Assembly: GCA_951406725.2 (NCBI GenBank)
Contig: OX597824.1
Location: 98,456,001-98,520,000 of the forward strand
Length of the DNA: 64,000 nt
Origin: Octopus vulgaris
Taxonomy: Eukaryota
Reading direction: 5' to 3'
The notes under the pieces were generated by a model, which was not told the DNA's origin, did no database searches, and saw only the letters and a program-made list of their open reading frames with translations. Shown piece after piece: positions 13,630 to 25,272 of this stretch; within the stretch, counting starts at the first letter, position 1; each line of letters opens with the position of its first letter. Position numbers and translations under genes: made by a program.

Positions 13630-13935
13630 GTTTCTTTATTAGCCACACGGGGCTGCACACAGACGGGACAGATTACAAAGTAGAGCTTTTCTTTTTGGGG
13701 GAGAGAAAGGAGAAAAAAAGGGGGGAGGTTAGGTTTTCGATCAAAAGGGATCGTAAAAGGGAAGGAAGAAAAAAAGGGGGAGGAAAAGAAAACGATCAAT
13801 AGGGATCATATATCACAGTGTCATGGTGTAAAGTGTGAAGGGGGAAGCAGATAATGTTTATCCGTGGGAAGAAAAGCCTACGGAAAAGACCACGGTAACC
13901 TCGGTCAATGATGTTACATGTTACCACATTTGTTT
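13630..13935 (-). mobile_element. Probable LINE 3' UTR ending in (TATC)n
   Basis: Non-coding and pyrimidine-rich on the minus strand, with an aataaa signal immediately before the (TATC)n array. Family not identified. Confidence 0.35.
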
Positions 13936-13949
13936 ACAAGTAGGTAATT

Positions 13950-14410
13950 TTCCGGGTTCATAGGATTATGCTCAATGTGCCATCCTTGCTACATTCACCC
14001 ATAGGAGGAGATCCAGTTTTGTTTTGAAGACGCCTACATGCACCCCATGTAGGTCTCAAAGGCTTTTGGTGGTGGGCGGGATGATATTGAAGAGTTCTAG
14101 GACTTTGAAATCCAAAATGTTGCAGTATCTGTTCCTGTACCTCGACGGCAATATTGGCATCTTTGGCACAATGCAGCCGCATCCCGTTCTGCAATTTGTG
14201 TAACTTTCAATGCCAAGGTTTTGTACAAGTTCTTCTAGAGTTTTCCAGATGTATATCACTGCAGATCTTTCCCGCCTTCGTTCCAGGAGAACTTTTTCAA
14301 CCTTTCCTAATAGCTGACATGTTGTATAGAAACGATCTTCTTCGCGTATCTTCGCTATCCACGCTTGCTGGGCAACTGACCTCCACAATAGCTCGTACTT
14401 TTTCAAAGAA
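13950..14410 (-). mobile_element. CR1/L2-group LINE 3' fragment, degraded
   Basis: ORF 14056-14406 LERRRERSAVIYIWKTLEELVQNLGIE..RTGCGCIVPK..ELFNII is homologous to the C-terminus of ORF 47016-48812 and to 52751-53017. Confidence 0.8.
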
Positions 14411-15685
14411 TTAATTGAACGAGGTTAAATAATTACAGACGACATTCACCTAAAAACACGATTGAGAACTAAGTACATGGGACAATTCAGACTGGTGGGA
14501 ATGTTGGTCAGAGAGAAAGGGGGGAGGAGAGAAGGAGGGATAGGGTAAGACAGGGATCCACTAACACATGACGTGATAGAGCGAATTGATTGGAAGCTAT
14601 CGATGCGAGAGGCTCTGACACGGAAGATTGATGTGTTAAACGAAGTCGAATATTTTACTAATATTCTCCGCAAAAGAAGCTACAAGATGCCCCTGTAAAT
14701 ATCACCAGATGTATGCGTGTAAAGCAACAGATTTATTCGAGGAAATTAGAACAACCGCCTGAGAAATTGCGCCATTAGTGGAAACTACCAAAAATATGAC
14801 AAACAAATAAGGGACCTTTCTTGATGTCGCTAATCCTGCTATAAATAGCAGCTAAATTTCCTGAAAATACACCACACCGTCTTAGAAAAGACCACGTTGG
14901 ATAATGTAATCTTGGGTTCCCTGGATATAGGTAGAAGATGGGATAGTCACAATTGGAAAGCCGTTGACCGTTTACACGGTTAGGACTAATCTGGAGTTAG
15001 AAAAGAAGAACAACTCTAACCAGGATTATGAGTGGAAACCGCCAGAAATGGCGGCAGACACGAATTTTAATATTACTAAAAAAAAAAAAACACCATCAGA
15101 AATAGTATCTGAATAAGGTTTGAACCCGTATTTTCATGCTTACATTGTCAGAATTAGTAGCGTATTAAATTTGTCAACCATTTTCACTACTAAATAGCCA
15201 CAATGCATCTCTCCAACTAAAAGAGTAATTTAACAGAATAAAATAAAACAGGAACTCATTAGATTTGCCAAAAAATTCGAACTAATATGGAAGCGGTAAG
15301 AATCTAGGAGACAAAAACAAGAAACGGTTGGTGCCACTCTCTGTTTTTCTTTCATTCTGATGCAATATTTCAAAAGAAGCTCCATATTGAAGATAATTTA
15401 AACTGTCCAATATTGGAACAATTTCGGAATAAGAGGAAGAGAAGAATCTGCACTAACTTTGGCTTAAGGAAAAATTATCCATTACGATGGCATACTTGAT
15501 AAAATGGAGGAGTTTAATCAATGCACGAGTGGAAGATTCTACAGACAGACAATAGCATTTATGACGGTAATATATATAAAGATAGAGCAAATGGTGTGTC
15601 TTTATATTTGTGTGTATGTCTAGATGTAGATAGTGTCGTATCTCTATACTTGCATATACATATATATATATATATGCATAAATAC

Positions 15686-15777
<92 letters not shown>

Positions 15778-16270
15778 ATGTATATATATTTATATATATA
15801 TACATGTATATATACATATATATAATATATATATATATTTGTGTGTGCTGCACGTGTGTGAACGTGTGTGTGCGCGTGTGTGCGAGCGTATATCGGAGTG
15901 TGTATGCTCAAGCATAAAATAATGGTATTTTAATGCATACACACACTTACACACACACATGTATACACACACACACGCGCATACACACATACACACACGC
16001 ATAAGATATGTTGAAAGAGAAGGGCGTGGAAGAGGAGAGCGCGGTGCAAAGCACTGCAGAAGTATATGCCTATATAAGCATGCGTACATGCTTCTACTCA
16101 CTAGCGCCGCCACACGGTTCCATATGGCTCATGCAGTCATCTTTTATCAATGTAGAACTATGGATACACACGTACACACACACACATACACATATCAATA
16201 AATGTTCTATTTATAAACACGTGTGTATTCTTGAATGGTGGGTGTATATATATATATATATATATATAAT

Positions 16271-16785
16271 AGGCTGTGAGGTAAGTAGCTTGCTTACGGA
16301 CCACATGGTTCCGGGTTCAGTCCCACTGCGTTGCACTTTGGGCAAGTGTCTTCTACTATAGCTTTGGGGACGACCAAATACTTGGGAGTTGATTTGGGAG
16401 ATGGAAACTGAAGGAAGCCCGTCGTATATTATATATATATATATAGAAAGGGAGGGGGTGAGAGTGAGCATGTGTGTATTTGTCTGAGTGCAGACACACA
16501 CATATATATATACTTTATTTAAAAGCAGCAGAAATTTAACAAAAGCTGTTACTCGGAGTTATATGGCGGTGCCCAGCATATATATATATATATATATATA
16601 TATGCATTTGTTTGTGTCTGTGTTTGCCCTCCCCCATCATTGCTTGACAACCGATGTTTTTGTGTTTACATCCCCCCGCAACGTAGGGGTTCAACATAGG
16701 AGACCGATAGAATAAGTCCTGGAGTCGATTTCTTCAACTAAAGGCAGTGCTCCAGCATGGCCACACCCAAATGTCTGAAACATAA
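16271..16785 (+). mobile_element. CORE-like tRNA SINE with internal microsatellite, interrupted
   Basis: ggttccgggttcagtcccactgcg (B box), tttgggcaagtgtcttctactatagc (CORE-like), 3' part ..aaaggcagtgctccagcatggccac..tgaaac. Confidence 0.8.
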
Positions 16786-16842
16786 AAAAGACGATATATA
16801 TATATATATATATATATACAGAGAGAGAGAGTGAGATTGTAA

Positions 16843-17164
16843 AGGTCCGTGGCTTGGTGGTGAGGGCATTCGGCTCTCGATCGTAGGGTCGTGAGTTCGA
16901 TTCCCAGCGGTACATTGTGTCCTTGAGCAAGATCTTTATTTTCACATTGCTTCAGTCCACTCAGCTGGCAAAAACGAGTAGTACCTGTATTTCAAAGGGC
17001 CAGCCTTGTTACACTGTGTGTCACGCTGAATCTCCCAGAGAAATATGTGAAGGGGTACGCATGTCTGTGTAACACTCAGCCACTTGCACGTTAATCTCAC
17101 GAGCTTGCTGTTCCGTTGATCGGATCAACCGGAACCCAGGTCTCCGTAACCGACGGAGTGCCAG
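16843..17164 (+). mobile_element. tRNA-derived SINE (third family)
   Basis: gtggcttggtggtgagggcattcggc..gtgagttcgattccc (A/B boxes), then tgtgtccttgagcaag..cagtccactcagctgg. The head is related to that of 24912-25272. Confidence 0.8.
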
Positions 17165-17326
17165 TATTATACACACACATGCACACATATATATATTTAT
17201 ATATATACATATGTATGTATGTATGTATATGTATGTTATCTATTTCTCTGCAGTCATTCGACTGTGGCCGTGCTGGCGTATCACCTTCAAGAACGAATCC
17301 ACCACGGTTCAGCATCCAGTTCTATC

Positions 17327-17394
<68 letters not shown>

Positions 17395-17598
17395 TCGCGT
17401 AGATGTAGGTAGTGCAATTTTCTGTACCTGGTGTTTTGTTATGTATTTGTCTGAATATTTTTATCATGCCTAATGCAACTCGTTTTCAATTCCACATTCT
17501 AGTACCCATCAGGTCTTGATTTTGAGAGTTCCCATTTCTTGGAATTGATACATCAATGATCTCTGACAACTATATCTGGTCTGTTGGCCTTAATTTCT
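17395..17598 (-). mobile_element. R4/Dong-like LINE RLE fragment with multiple small deletions
   Basis: Its reverse complement aligns in blocks to 17858-18175; flanked by (TTA)n. Confidence 0.8.
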
Positions 17599-17602
17599 TA
17601 TC

Positions 17603-17658
<56 letters not shown>

Positions 17659-17732
17659 AGGATCACTGGAATCGAACTCGAATCTTGGGGTTATTTGACC
17701 AAGTTTCCGAGTTCGATTCCAAGTAGTAACCA

Positions 17733-17793
<61 letters not shown>

Positions 17794-17794
<1 letters not shown>

Positions 17795-18285
17795 GAGAAA
17801 AGGTCACAGAAAACGAGAAAGCAACCATGCTCTGGGATGTGCCAATACACACAGATAGAGAAATTAAGGCCAACAGACCAGATATAGTTATCAGAGATCA
17901 CGAAGAAAAAAATGCTTTCTAATTGATGTATCAATACCAGCAGATGACAACGTGTCTCTAAAAGAAATGGAGAAACTTTCAAAATACAAAGACTTGGAAA
18001 TAGAGTTAACTAGAATGTGGAATCTAAAAACAGAAACAATTCCTATCATAGTAGGGGCATTAGGCATGATAAAAAAATATTCAGACAAATACATAACAAA
18101 AACACCAGGACTTACAAACACATATAACATACAGAAAATTGCACTACTAGGCACTGCACACATCCTACGCAGAACACTTTCAATGCAGTTACCATAAGAG
18201 CATCACAACAAAACACAGCACATACCCAAGGCACACAGAGTTGCGGTCGGTAGTGAAGTGAAATCACGATATAAAAATAAAACTA

Positions 18286-18288
<3 letters not shown>
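17794..18288 (+). mobile_element. R4/Dong-like non-LTR retrotransposon 3' end (RLE domain) in (TAA)n
   Basis: LWDVPIHTDREIKANRPDIVIRD..IDVSIP..KEMEKLSKYKDLEIELTRMW..IPIIVGALG (PD-(D/E)xK nuclease). The 3' UTR ends aataaaactactg|(AAT)n, with TAA arrays on both sides. Confidence 0.9.
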
Positions 18289-18356
<68 letters not shown>

Positions 18357-18445
18357 TAATAATAATAATACAACAACAACAACAACAACAACAACATCGG
18401 GAAAATACCTTAAGAATGAGAACACAGGTTCGAAATTCGCCCAGG

Positions 18446-18489
18446 ACACTTGATGAAGGCTGGAGATTACATCAGCCGAAACGTTGTGT
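18446..18489 (+). ncRNA. Hammerhead-ribozyme-like motif, type I minimal (C3U variant)
   Basis: acac-TTGATGA-a-ggctg..cagcc-GAAAC-GTT-gtgt, with palindromic AACGTT as stem III. Confidence 0.6.
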
Positions 18490-18926
18490 AAATAACAAAC
18501 AAGATCCGTCAAATGTTAATGACTATATGTGTTTATGTGTGTGTGTGTGTGTGTGTGTGTGTTATAAGACTTGTTTAAACATAAATATATACGGGTACAT
18601 GCAGACACATGCAATGAAACAGATGCTTGCATATATGTATGTGTGAGTGTGTGAGTGTACATACTTAAAAAGATGTTCAGAATAAAATATTTTCGCATAT
18701 AAAATGATTCACACAAACGCATACACCAAATGCATAGACATACACATGCACACACAGGAAGTCACAGACACGCACATTAATAAAATGTGTAGTGTTTGCA
18801 CTTATACACACATTTGCACACACAAATTTATGTGGGTGTATGTATACACACATACACATATTTATATATATATATGTATGTATATATATATATATAAAGA
18901 GAGAAACTGAGAGAAACTGGAGAGAG

Positions 18927-19013
<87 letters not shown>

Positions 19014-19724
19014 GTGTGTGAGACGAGTGTATTGGTGAATGAGCGTAGATGTGTGAAGGTGAATGAGGCAGCTACAGCGTTTCATTCGGTTTCCTACTCC
19101 GTTTCTCCGAAAGCTATCATCCAACTAAAATTTCCATCTTTGTTACTTTTTAAATTTATGACAACTTCAGATTTATTACCCCCGCCTCCCCCCTCCATAA
19201 CACATTTTAGCTAATTAAAACTTACTGCATCAGAACTGTAAATATTTTTAACTGAATCCGGATGGAACCGCGCAGTAATCATGCCCAGTTTTTGCGTGGG
19301 TTGGGCATGTAGAGAAGTCAGTTGAATAATTTATCAAGGGCTTTGTCAAAAGTGTGCGCTTTATTCGCAATTTCTGTCCCTATTTAAGTGCACGTAATGT
19401 TGATGAATATTACAAGGACACGTGACTATGATATTAGAATCCAATTGGTGCTTTGTTAATTCTTTCAAGGTTAAAGCAAAATGGCTTTTTTAAGAATTAC
19501 TGTAGAAGATTCACCTTCCGTAAAACTAAACTGACATTTCCGTAAGGCAAATCGGAATTACTTTGAGAAAAGTTCTTCATTTGATAAAAGGTCTTCATTT
19601 CTGGCAGTCAGAGGTCTTAATTTTTAAACAAGTACATATTCCTTTGTACACTAGGCAGAAGGCCCGAAATTTTTGGGGACGAGGGCCTGTCGATATGTAT
19701 ATATGTATGCATGTGTGTGTATAT

Positions 19725-19915
19725 GTTTGTACTCCCAACATCGCTTGACAACTGATGCTGGTGTGTTTAGGTCCCCGTCACCTAGCGGTTCAGCAAAAGA
19801 GACCGATAAAACAAGTACTAGGCTTACAAAGAATAAGTCTTGGGGCCTATTTGCTCGACTAAAGGCGATGCTCCAGCATGGCCGCAGTCAAATGACTGAA
19901 ACAAGTAAAAGAGTA
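19725..19915 (+). mobile_element. 3' half of CORE-like SINE
   Basis: atcgcttgacaactgatgctggtgtgttt..ttagcggttc..aaaggcgatgctccagcatggccgcagtcaaatgactgaaac. Confidence 0.8.
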
Positions 19916-19954
19916 ACGATTCTGCCAGATCGCCGTCTTACAGATAGACAATAA

Positions 19955-20945
19955 TATTAGAGCGGCATGTACAGAGATGAAGACGTAATGGCTTTAAGTA
20001 GTGGTATGGATGCACAGTTACATATGCAGGAAATAATCATACCTGCGTTATGAAAGATTAATTGAGAAATAACAAGAGAAGCGAATCTATTATTTGCCAA
20101 TTTCCTGGTTACAATTATGAAGCTAACCTCAGATTCCTACCAATTTTCTATAAAACCTAACAAGTAGCTCCTAAACATACAGTCATATTCCAGACATCCA
20201 CTGAAGATAGCTAAAAGTAGTAATTATCTAAACTGTCTTTTCTTTGATAATTCAACTTTTCATCGGGCAGAGAACAAGTATAACTAGGCCTTCGTACGCA
20301 ACCACTTGAAAAATACAAAAGTATGTAATAGCATATTATATTCTATATAAAATAGCATATAATCTAGCTAATGATATGAAAACTGCACCAGAGAGAGTTT
20401 TCATATGGTCTGGTGTAATCCACCGTACAAAAAGTATAGATAACTAACGTGAGAAAACATTCTTCTCCTCAAGAAGTAAATATTTCTACAAAGGGTTACA
20501 AACTTCGTGAATTATTCAGCAAGAAATATATAAAACCCCAATTATAAAAGTCGGCTATATCAACATTTTAATTGTTTCTTTCAAACATCGTCAACAAGAA
20601 AACTCTATAATAATAGAGGTGGCTTTATTGACATTGCTTGGTCGGTTACATATAATAATAGTTGAAGACGGAACAATTTATTTTTGACATCATAAGGGAT
20701 CCCACGTCATTAATAAAGGGAAAGATAGAATAAGTGCATAGATAGTAGGACATTTTTGATATTTCCTTTTGAATCAACAGAGAGGGCAATAACCATGTCA
20801 TGCGTATGACTCATCATTCTTCATGACTCTTTAGAGATTGTTCGGCGGACGAATGCGGTTCCATTCGTGTACATCTACCACTGTATATCTTTTCAGATGG
20901 CTATGATCATCTTGTGTAAATAAACCTGACTCATACCGAGCAGAA
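19955..20945 (+). mobile_element. Degraded Penelope-like element (RT C-terminus to GIY-YIG tail)
   Basis: Broken frames read GMYRDED (cf. GLYRDDG), EITREANL..NFL, KPN..SRHPLKI, WCNPPYKK (cf. WFNPPY), YKLRELFSKK. A hammerhead relic lies at 20840-20941. Confidence 0.65.
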
Positions 20946-21419
20946 ATCTCTTTCATAAATATATTCTGCTTTGTTTTTCCTTTTATCAGATGAAGTCATT
21001 TTTCCTAATGATTTGTTCTCTGTAAGACATTTTGAAAAAGTTATCAAAAGAAACAAATACTAACAAAATTAATCTACTTTATTTTTTCCACGCTTCTCAC
21101 ATTCCAGTTACATCTGTACTTTAATAAACTCGCTTTTGTCAGTGCGATTTTGAAATTGAAACTTAAACAAAAATTTATATTTGTGTGGCTATGGAGATAA
21201 ATGTTCAGTTCAAAAAATATTTACAGTCGCAGCAGGAATTCTAGAAACTAAGAGAATGAAATGTATTTGAAATATTACAGCACGGACGGATTGCACCAAA
21301 GATTATGATTTATACGTTTTTATTTCTATGAAAACATCTGAAACTTAGTAAAGAAAATAAACCGCCGTAAATAAGATAACATGATTTTTTTACAAAACTG
21401 CACTGGCGTCTGTTTAAAT

Positions 21420-21454
<35 letters not shown>

Positions 21455-21607
21455 AGATGAGCAGAATTAGTGGTTTTAGTAACCGACTAAGGGATAATAG
21501 TATCCGTTATGTCATGTTTTGTATCCAAAAGTTATCAAATGATGTGGTTCAATTTGTTTGTTTGTGGATCTGATTATTTAAATTATATATATATATATAT
21601 ATATATA

Positions 21608-22066
21608 GTGACGTATTTTTGCCATTTCAATATGGCTAACCCCTAAGGGTGGATGCTACTGTAGTTTTTAGCCCCAGGAGGACACACTCCTCCAGCTGGC
21701 CATAGACACACTATCTGTGTCCTGTCAGTATTTGCAAAGGGAAGTCATCCTTCCCGTCTTCAACTTATGATACACACGGACTCGAGTTTCGAGGTATTGA
21801 CCTCTCGTCAGCGTGTGACAATCATAGTTGTCGCCGAGAATTAGATTTCCTTCACAAATACTTATACTTTTTCCAGCGTCCACTGTCGCTGATATTGAAA
21901 AAGTGAAATCAAACAATGATAAATATCAAAGTGAGTTATATACAGTAGCGGTAACACATCGTGACGTATTTTTGCCATTTCAATATGGCTAACCCCTAAG
22001 GGTGGATGCTACTGTAGTTTTTAGCCCCAGGAGGGCACACTCCTCCAGCTGGCCATAGACACACTA

Positions 22067-22073
<7 letters not shown>
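21608..22073 (-). mobile_element. Non-LTR retrozyme-like element (1.3 tandem copies of a 353-nt unit)
   Basis: 113-bp direct repeats at 21608-21720 and 21961-22073 (one mismatch), an intact hammerhead between them, no coding capacity, and (TA)n on both flanks. Confidence 0.8.
21773..21817 (-). ncRNA. Type I hammerhead ribozyme, intact core
   Basis: Minus strand: cacacg-CUGACGA-gaggu(caau)accuc-GAAAC-ucga-GUC-cgugug. All conserved core nucleotides are present and stems I and II are perfect. Stem III is the palindromic ACUCGAGU. Stem I extends (uaugau/aucaua, caac/guug) past a bulge. Confidence 0.9.
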
Positions 22074-22154
<81 letters not shown>

Positions 22155-22241
22155 TATATATATATATATATATAAGAATTTTTTGCATAATAAGATAAAA
22201 AGTCAAGGCTGTGTAGATATTAGAGCATTTATAGATAGAAG

Positions 22242-22293
22242 GTCTTACAGCTGTTTCTAGGATATTTATTAATTATATCCCTTCATCGGAGAC
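22242..22293 (-). ncRNA. Hammerhead-ribozyme-like motif (U4C variant) in a small (TA)n-flanked element (~22174-22375)
   Basis: Minus strand: gtct-CCGATGA-a-gggatat..atatcct-a-GAAAC-agct-GTA-agac. Confidence 0.65.
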
Positions 22294-22578
22294 GGTGTGA
22301 GAGGATGGTTAAATCATAGTTAGTTTAAATGTGATACAAAATAGAGAGTGAGGTGGAGGAAAGAAAATAGATGCATATATATATTTATATATTATATTTA
22401 TATATATATAAATTTTATAATTATAAACATAATTGTAATTAGGGTTTAGCAAAATTGCTTCACCACATACCGAAATTTAGAAATAGTTGTTAAATACTAT
22501 TCTTACTACCATAATATATATATATACATACATACATACATACATATCTATCTGTCTATCAATCGATCTATCTACCTA

Positions 22579-22654
<76 letters not shown>

Positions 22655-23150
22655 TGTATGTATACACATATTTATATATATACACACACATATTTATGTA
22701 TATACACACACACATATATATATGCCTACAACTATACATACACACGGATGCACAAACACATGTTACATAAAATGTTGTACATTTATATTGAACACATTCG
22801 TGTACACTGAAACGTGGAAAGGCCTCCGTTGTGGTGACTGTCCCGAAAGAAAAATTCTTCTTCCACCAAGCTGGGCTTTGAATGGCGTCATTGAACAGCA
22901 GGATACGTAATTCTGCTTCGTTAGCTTCATCAAACAGACACAAAACTGTCGCTCATGTCTAAATCTCGCAAAGAGTTGTTCTTATGTGTAACCCACAGCT
23001 TTATTTTAATCATTGCTGCTTAGTGTGCTCCTAATTAATTAATTGATTAATTACAGCTTGAAAAGCTTGCACATGCCAGTAAATATATTATTTTCTGTTT
23101 ACATCTAAGAACGGCAATTCTTAATGGACTGTGAACGACAGCTTCGGTAT

Positions 23151-23195
23151 CTGCAGCTGATGAAGCGTAAAGATGCAGAAACATGTGGCCTGTAG
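23151..23195 (+). ncRNA. Degenerate hammerhead-like motif
   Basis: ctgcag-CTGATGA-a-gcgt(aaag)atgc-a-GAAAC-atgt-GGC-ctgtag; U16.1 is replaced by G. Confidence 0.45.
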
Positions 23196-24684
23196 TCAGA
23201 TGATATCATTTGGTGTCCAGCTCAGAGTGATTTCACATATATTGCCTGTTGGTAGAATTTCTTTTCCGAGACAGTTATCGTAACGAAGATGGTTCTCAGT
23301 ATGAGTGTACACGAAAATATTATATAACGATAATAAACAGTTTGTTTTAATCATCGCTGCTCTGTGTGCCTGTAGCATAACATTATATAAGATAGACAGA
23401 TATATAGATAAACACATGCTTACTACATGCAGATACATGTTGTACATGCACACTGAATGTAGATATGTAAAAATTCACAGAGCAAATATGCAGATATGCA
23501 AATATTCAACATATATAAGTCACCAGTTTCTAAGACTTTGGAAGGTTGCGAGTGAATTTGTGTCATCCCGGAGATCAGTGATGGTATCTCTTCCCACATT
23601 GATGAGATTATTAATTCAATCGAAACCATCTAAAGTCTCCTCAGAAATCACTTACACGTATATGTATGAGTGTGTATATGCGTGTGTGTGTGCGCGTGTG
23701 TGTGAATCTATGTGTGCGTATGTATATATGTATACATGTGTGTCTGTGTGTGTTATTTCCTGAACAGAATTAATTCCATTGTTCCAAGTGAATTTATGTA
23801 ATAACAACGAAGCCGTTTATGGAATTAATGACACCCTCCCCACTCACCCTTTATCTGATATGGACTATACACCTCTCCATCCCACCCTACCCCTACAATC
23901 AATTACACACCCCCACCTCTACACCTGCAATGCATCAGCAAAGCCCATTATTTCTAATTATTAGAAATATTCGAGATTATTGTAAGTTTTCCATCGTTGC
24001 TTATATCAATGGATGACTGGAATTAACGGGGGGGTTGAGTGGCGGGTAGCGGGGGGTAGTGTTACTGGGATTGTTTGTGATGTTGTTGTTGGAGGTGGTG
24101 GTGGTGGTCGTCGTGGTAATGATTGTGATGGTATTGTTGTTGCTTTGCTGTTGTTATTGTTTAGCCCCCACGTTTGAGAAGACGTTTTATGAATCTCCAA
24201 CCATGGCCGCTACAGTGTCATAGAAACGTCACAACAGCTAAGGGAAGAGAACTTCTACATAGTCACTGGACCTGCCACCATTAGCAGCTAAATGTCCCTC
24301 GGATCACGCGGTAATCTTAAAATTGAAAACCCAATGAAATTATAGTCCTGATGACATGAAATCTGAATACTAGATGGGATGGTCACAGTTGGAACATCTT
24401 TGATCATGGGTCTTCTTAGTCACAGCAGACCACATGTTAAAAACATCAGACGATTGTGCAGCATGTCATCAAAGCCTCAAATACCACAACATTAAACTAT
24501 CGAACAGCATGATAGCAAACTATCAAACACCACAACGTACGTCAAACAATCACATCAAACATCCAAATATCAAACCAAAAAAAAAATATCGAACGACACA
24601 CAGACAGACGTAAATAACAGACGTCATAATCGGGAAGGAATTAAAGAAGAAAACGTTTTATTGCGATGTAAAAATAATATCAGA

Positions 24685-24894
24685 TTCAAATTTTGGCACA
24701 AGGCCAGCAATTTAGGGAGTAAATCAATTAGGTCGACACCAGTATTCAACTGGTACTTATGTTATCGAACCGAAAGGAAGAATGGCAAAGTCAACGTTGG
24801 CAGCATTTGAACTCAGAACGCAAAGTCGGAAGAAAAAAAAATGGTGCTAAGCATTGTTTCCGGTGTGGTTACGATTGTACCAGCTCGCCGCCTT
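24685..24894 (-). mobile_element. Meta/MESC-like tRNA SINE
   Basis: Reverse-complement match to 3786-3998. Confidence 0.8.
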
Positions 24895-24911
24895 AAAGAT
24901 GGGGACAACTA

Positions 24912-25272
24912 GACGCTCAGTGGTTAGAGCGTCGAGCTTACGATCGTGAGGTTGTGAGTTCGATTCCCGGACCGGGCTGTGTGTTGTGTTCTTGAGCAAG
25001 ACACTTACTTATTTCACGTTGCTCCAGTTCACTCAGCTGTAGTAATGAGTTACGACGCCTTTGATGCCAAGCTGTATCGGCCCCTTTTCCTTTCCCTTGG
25101 ATAACATCAGTGGCGTGGAGAGGAGAGGCTGGTATGCATGGGCGACTGCTGGTCTTCCATAAAAACAGCCCTAGGTTGTGTGTTCGCCGGCGAGGCGACT
25201 TTCCACTCAAACTTGTACCCTGGACGGGGAAATTGTTAGGTGCAGCCATGGTCGTTCGTGACCGACAGAGTC
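24912..25272 (+). mobile_element. tRNA-derived SINE
   Basis: gctcagtggttagagcgtcg..gtgagttcgattcccgg (A/B boxes), tgtgttcttgagcaagacactt. Confidence 0.85.

Noticed and set aside
21608-22073. Interpretation as an LTR retrotransposon/TRIM or CRISPR-like repeat
   Set aside because: The repeats lack canonical TG..CA ends and I saw no PBS or PPT. There are only two repeats and the context is eukaryotic. The internal hammerhead fits a retrozyme better.
24912-24975. tRNA gene-like A/B boxes (also 12710-12779, 16843-16910, 39085-39154)
   Set aside because: There is no complete acceptor stem, and the sequence continues into repeated SINE bodies.
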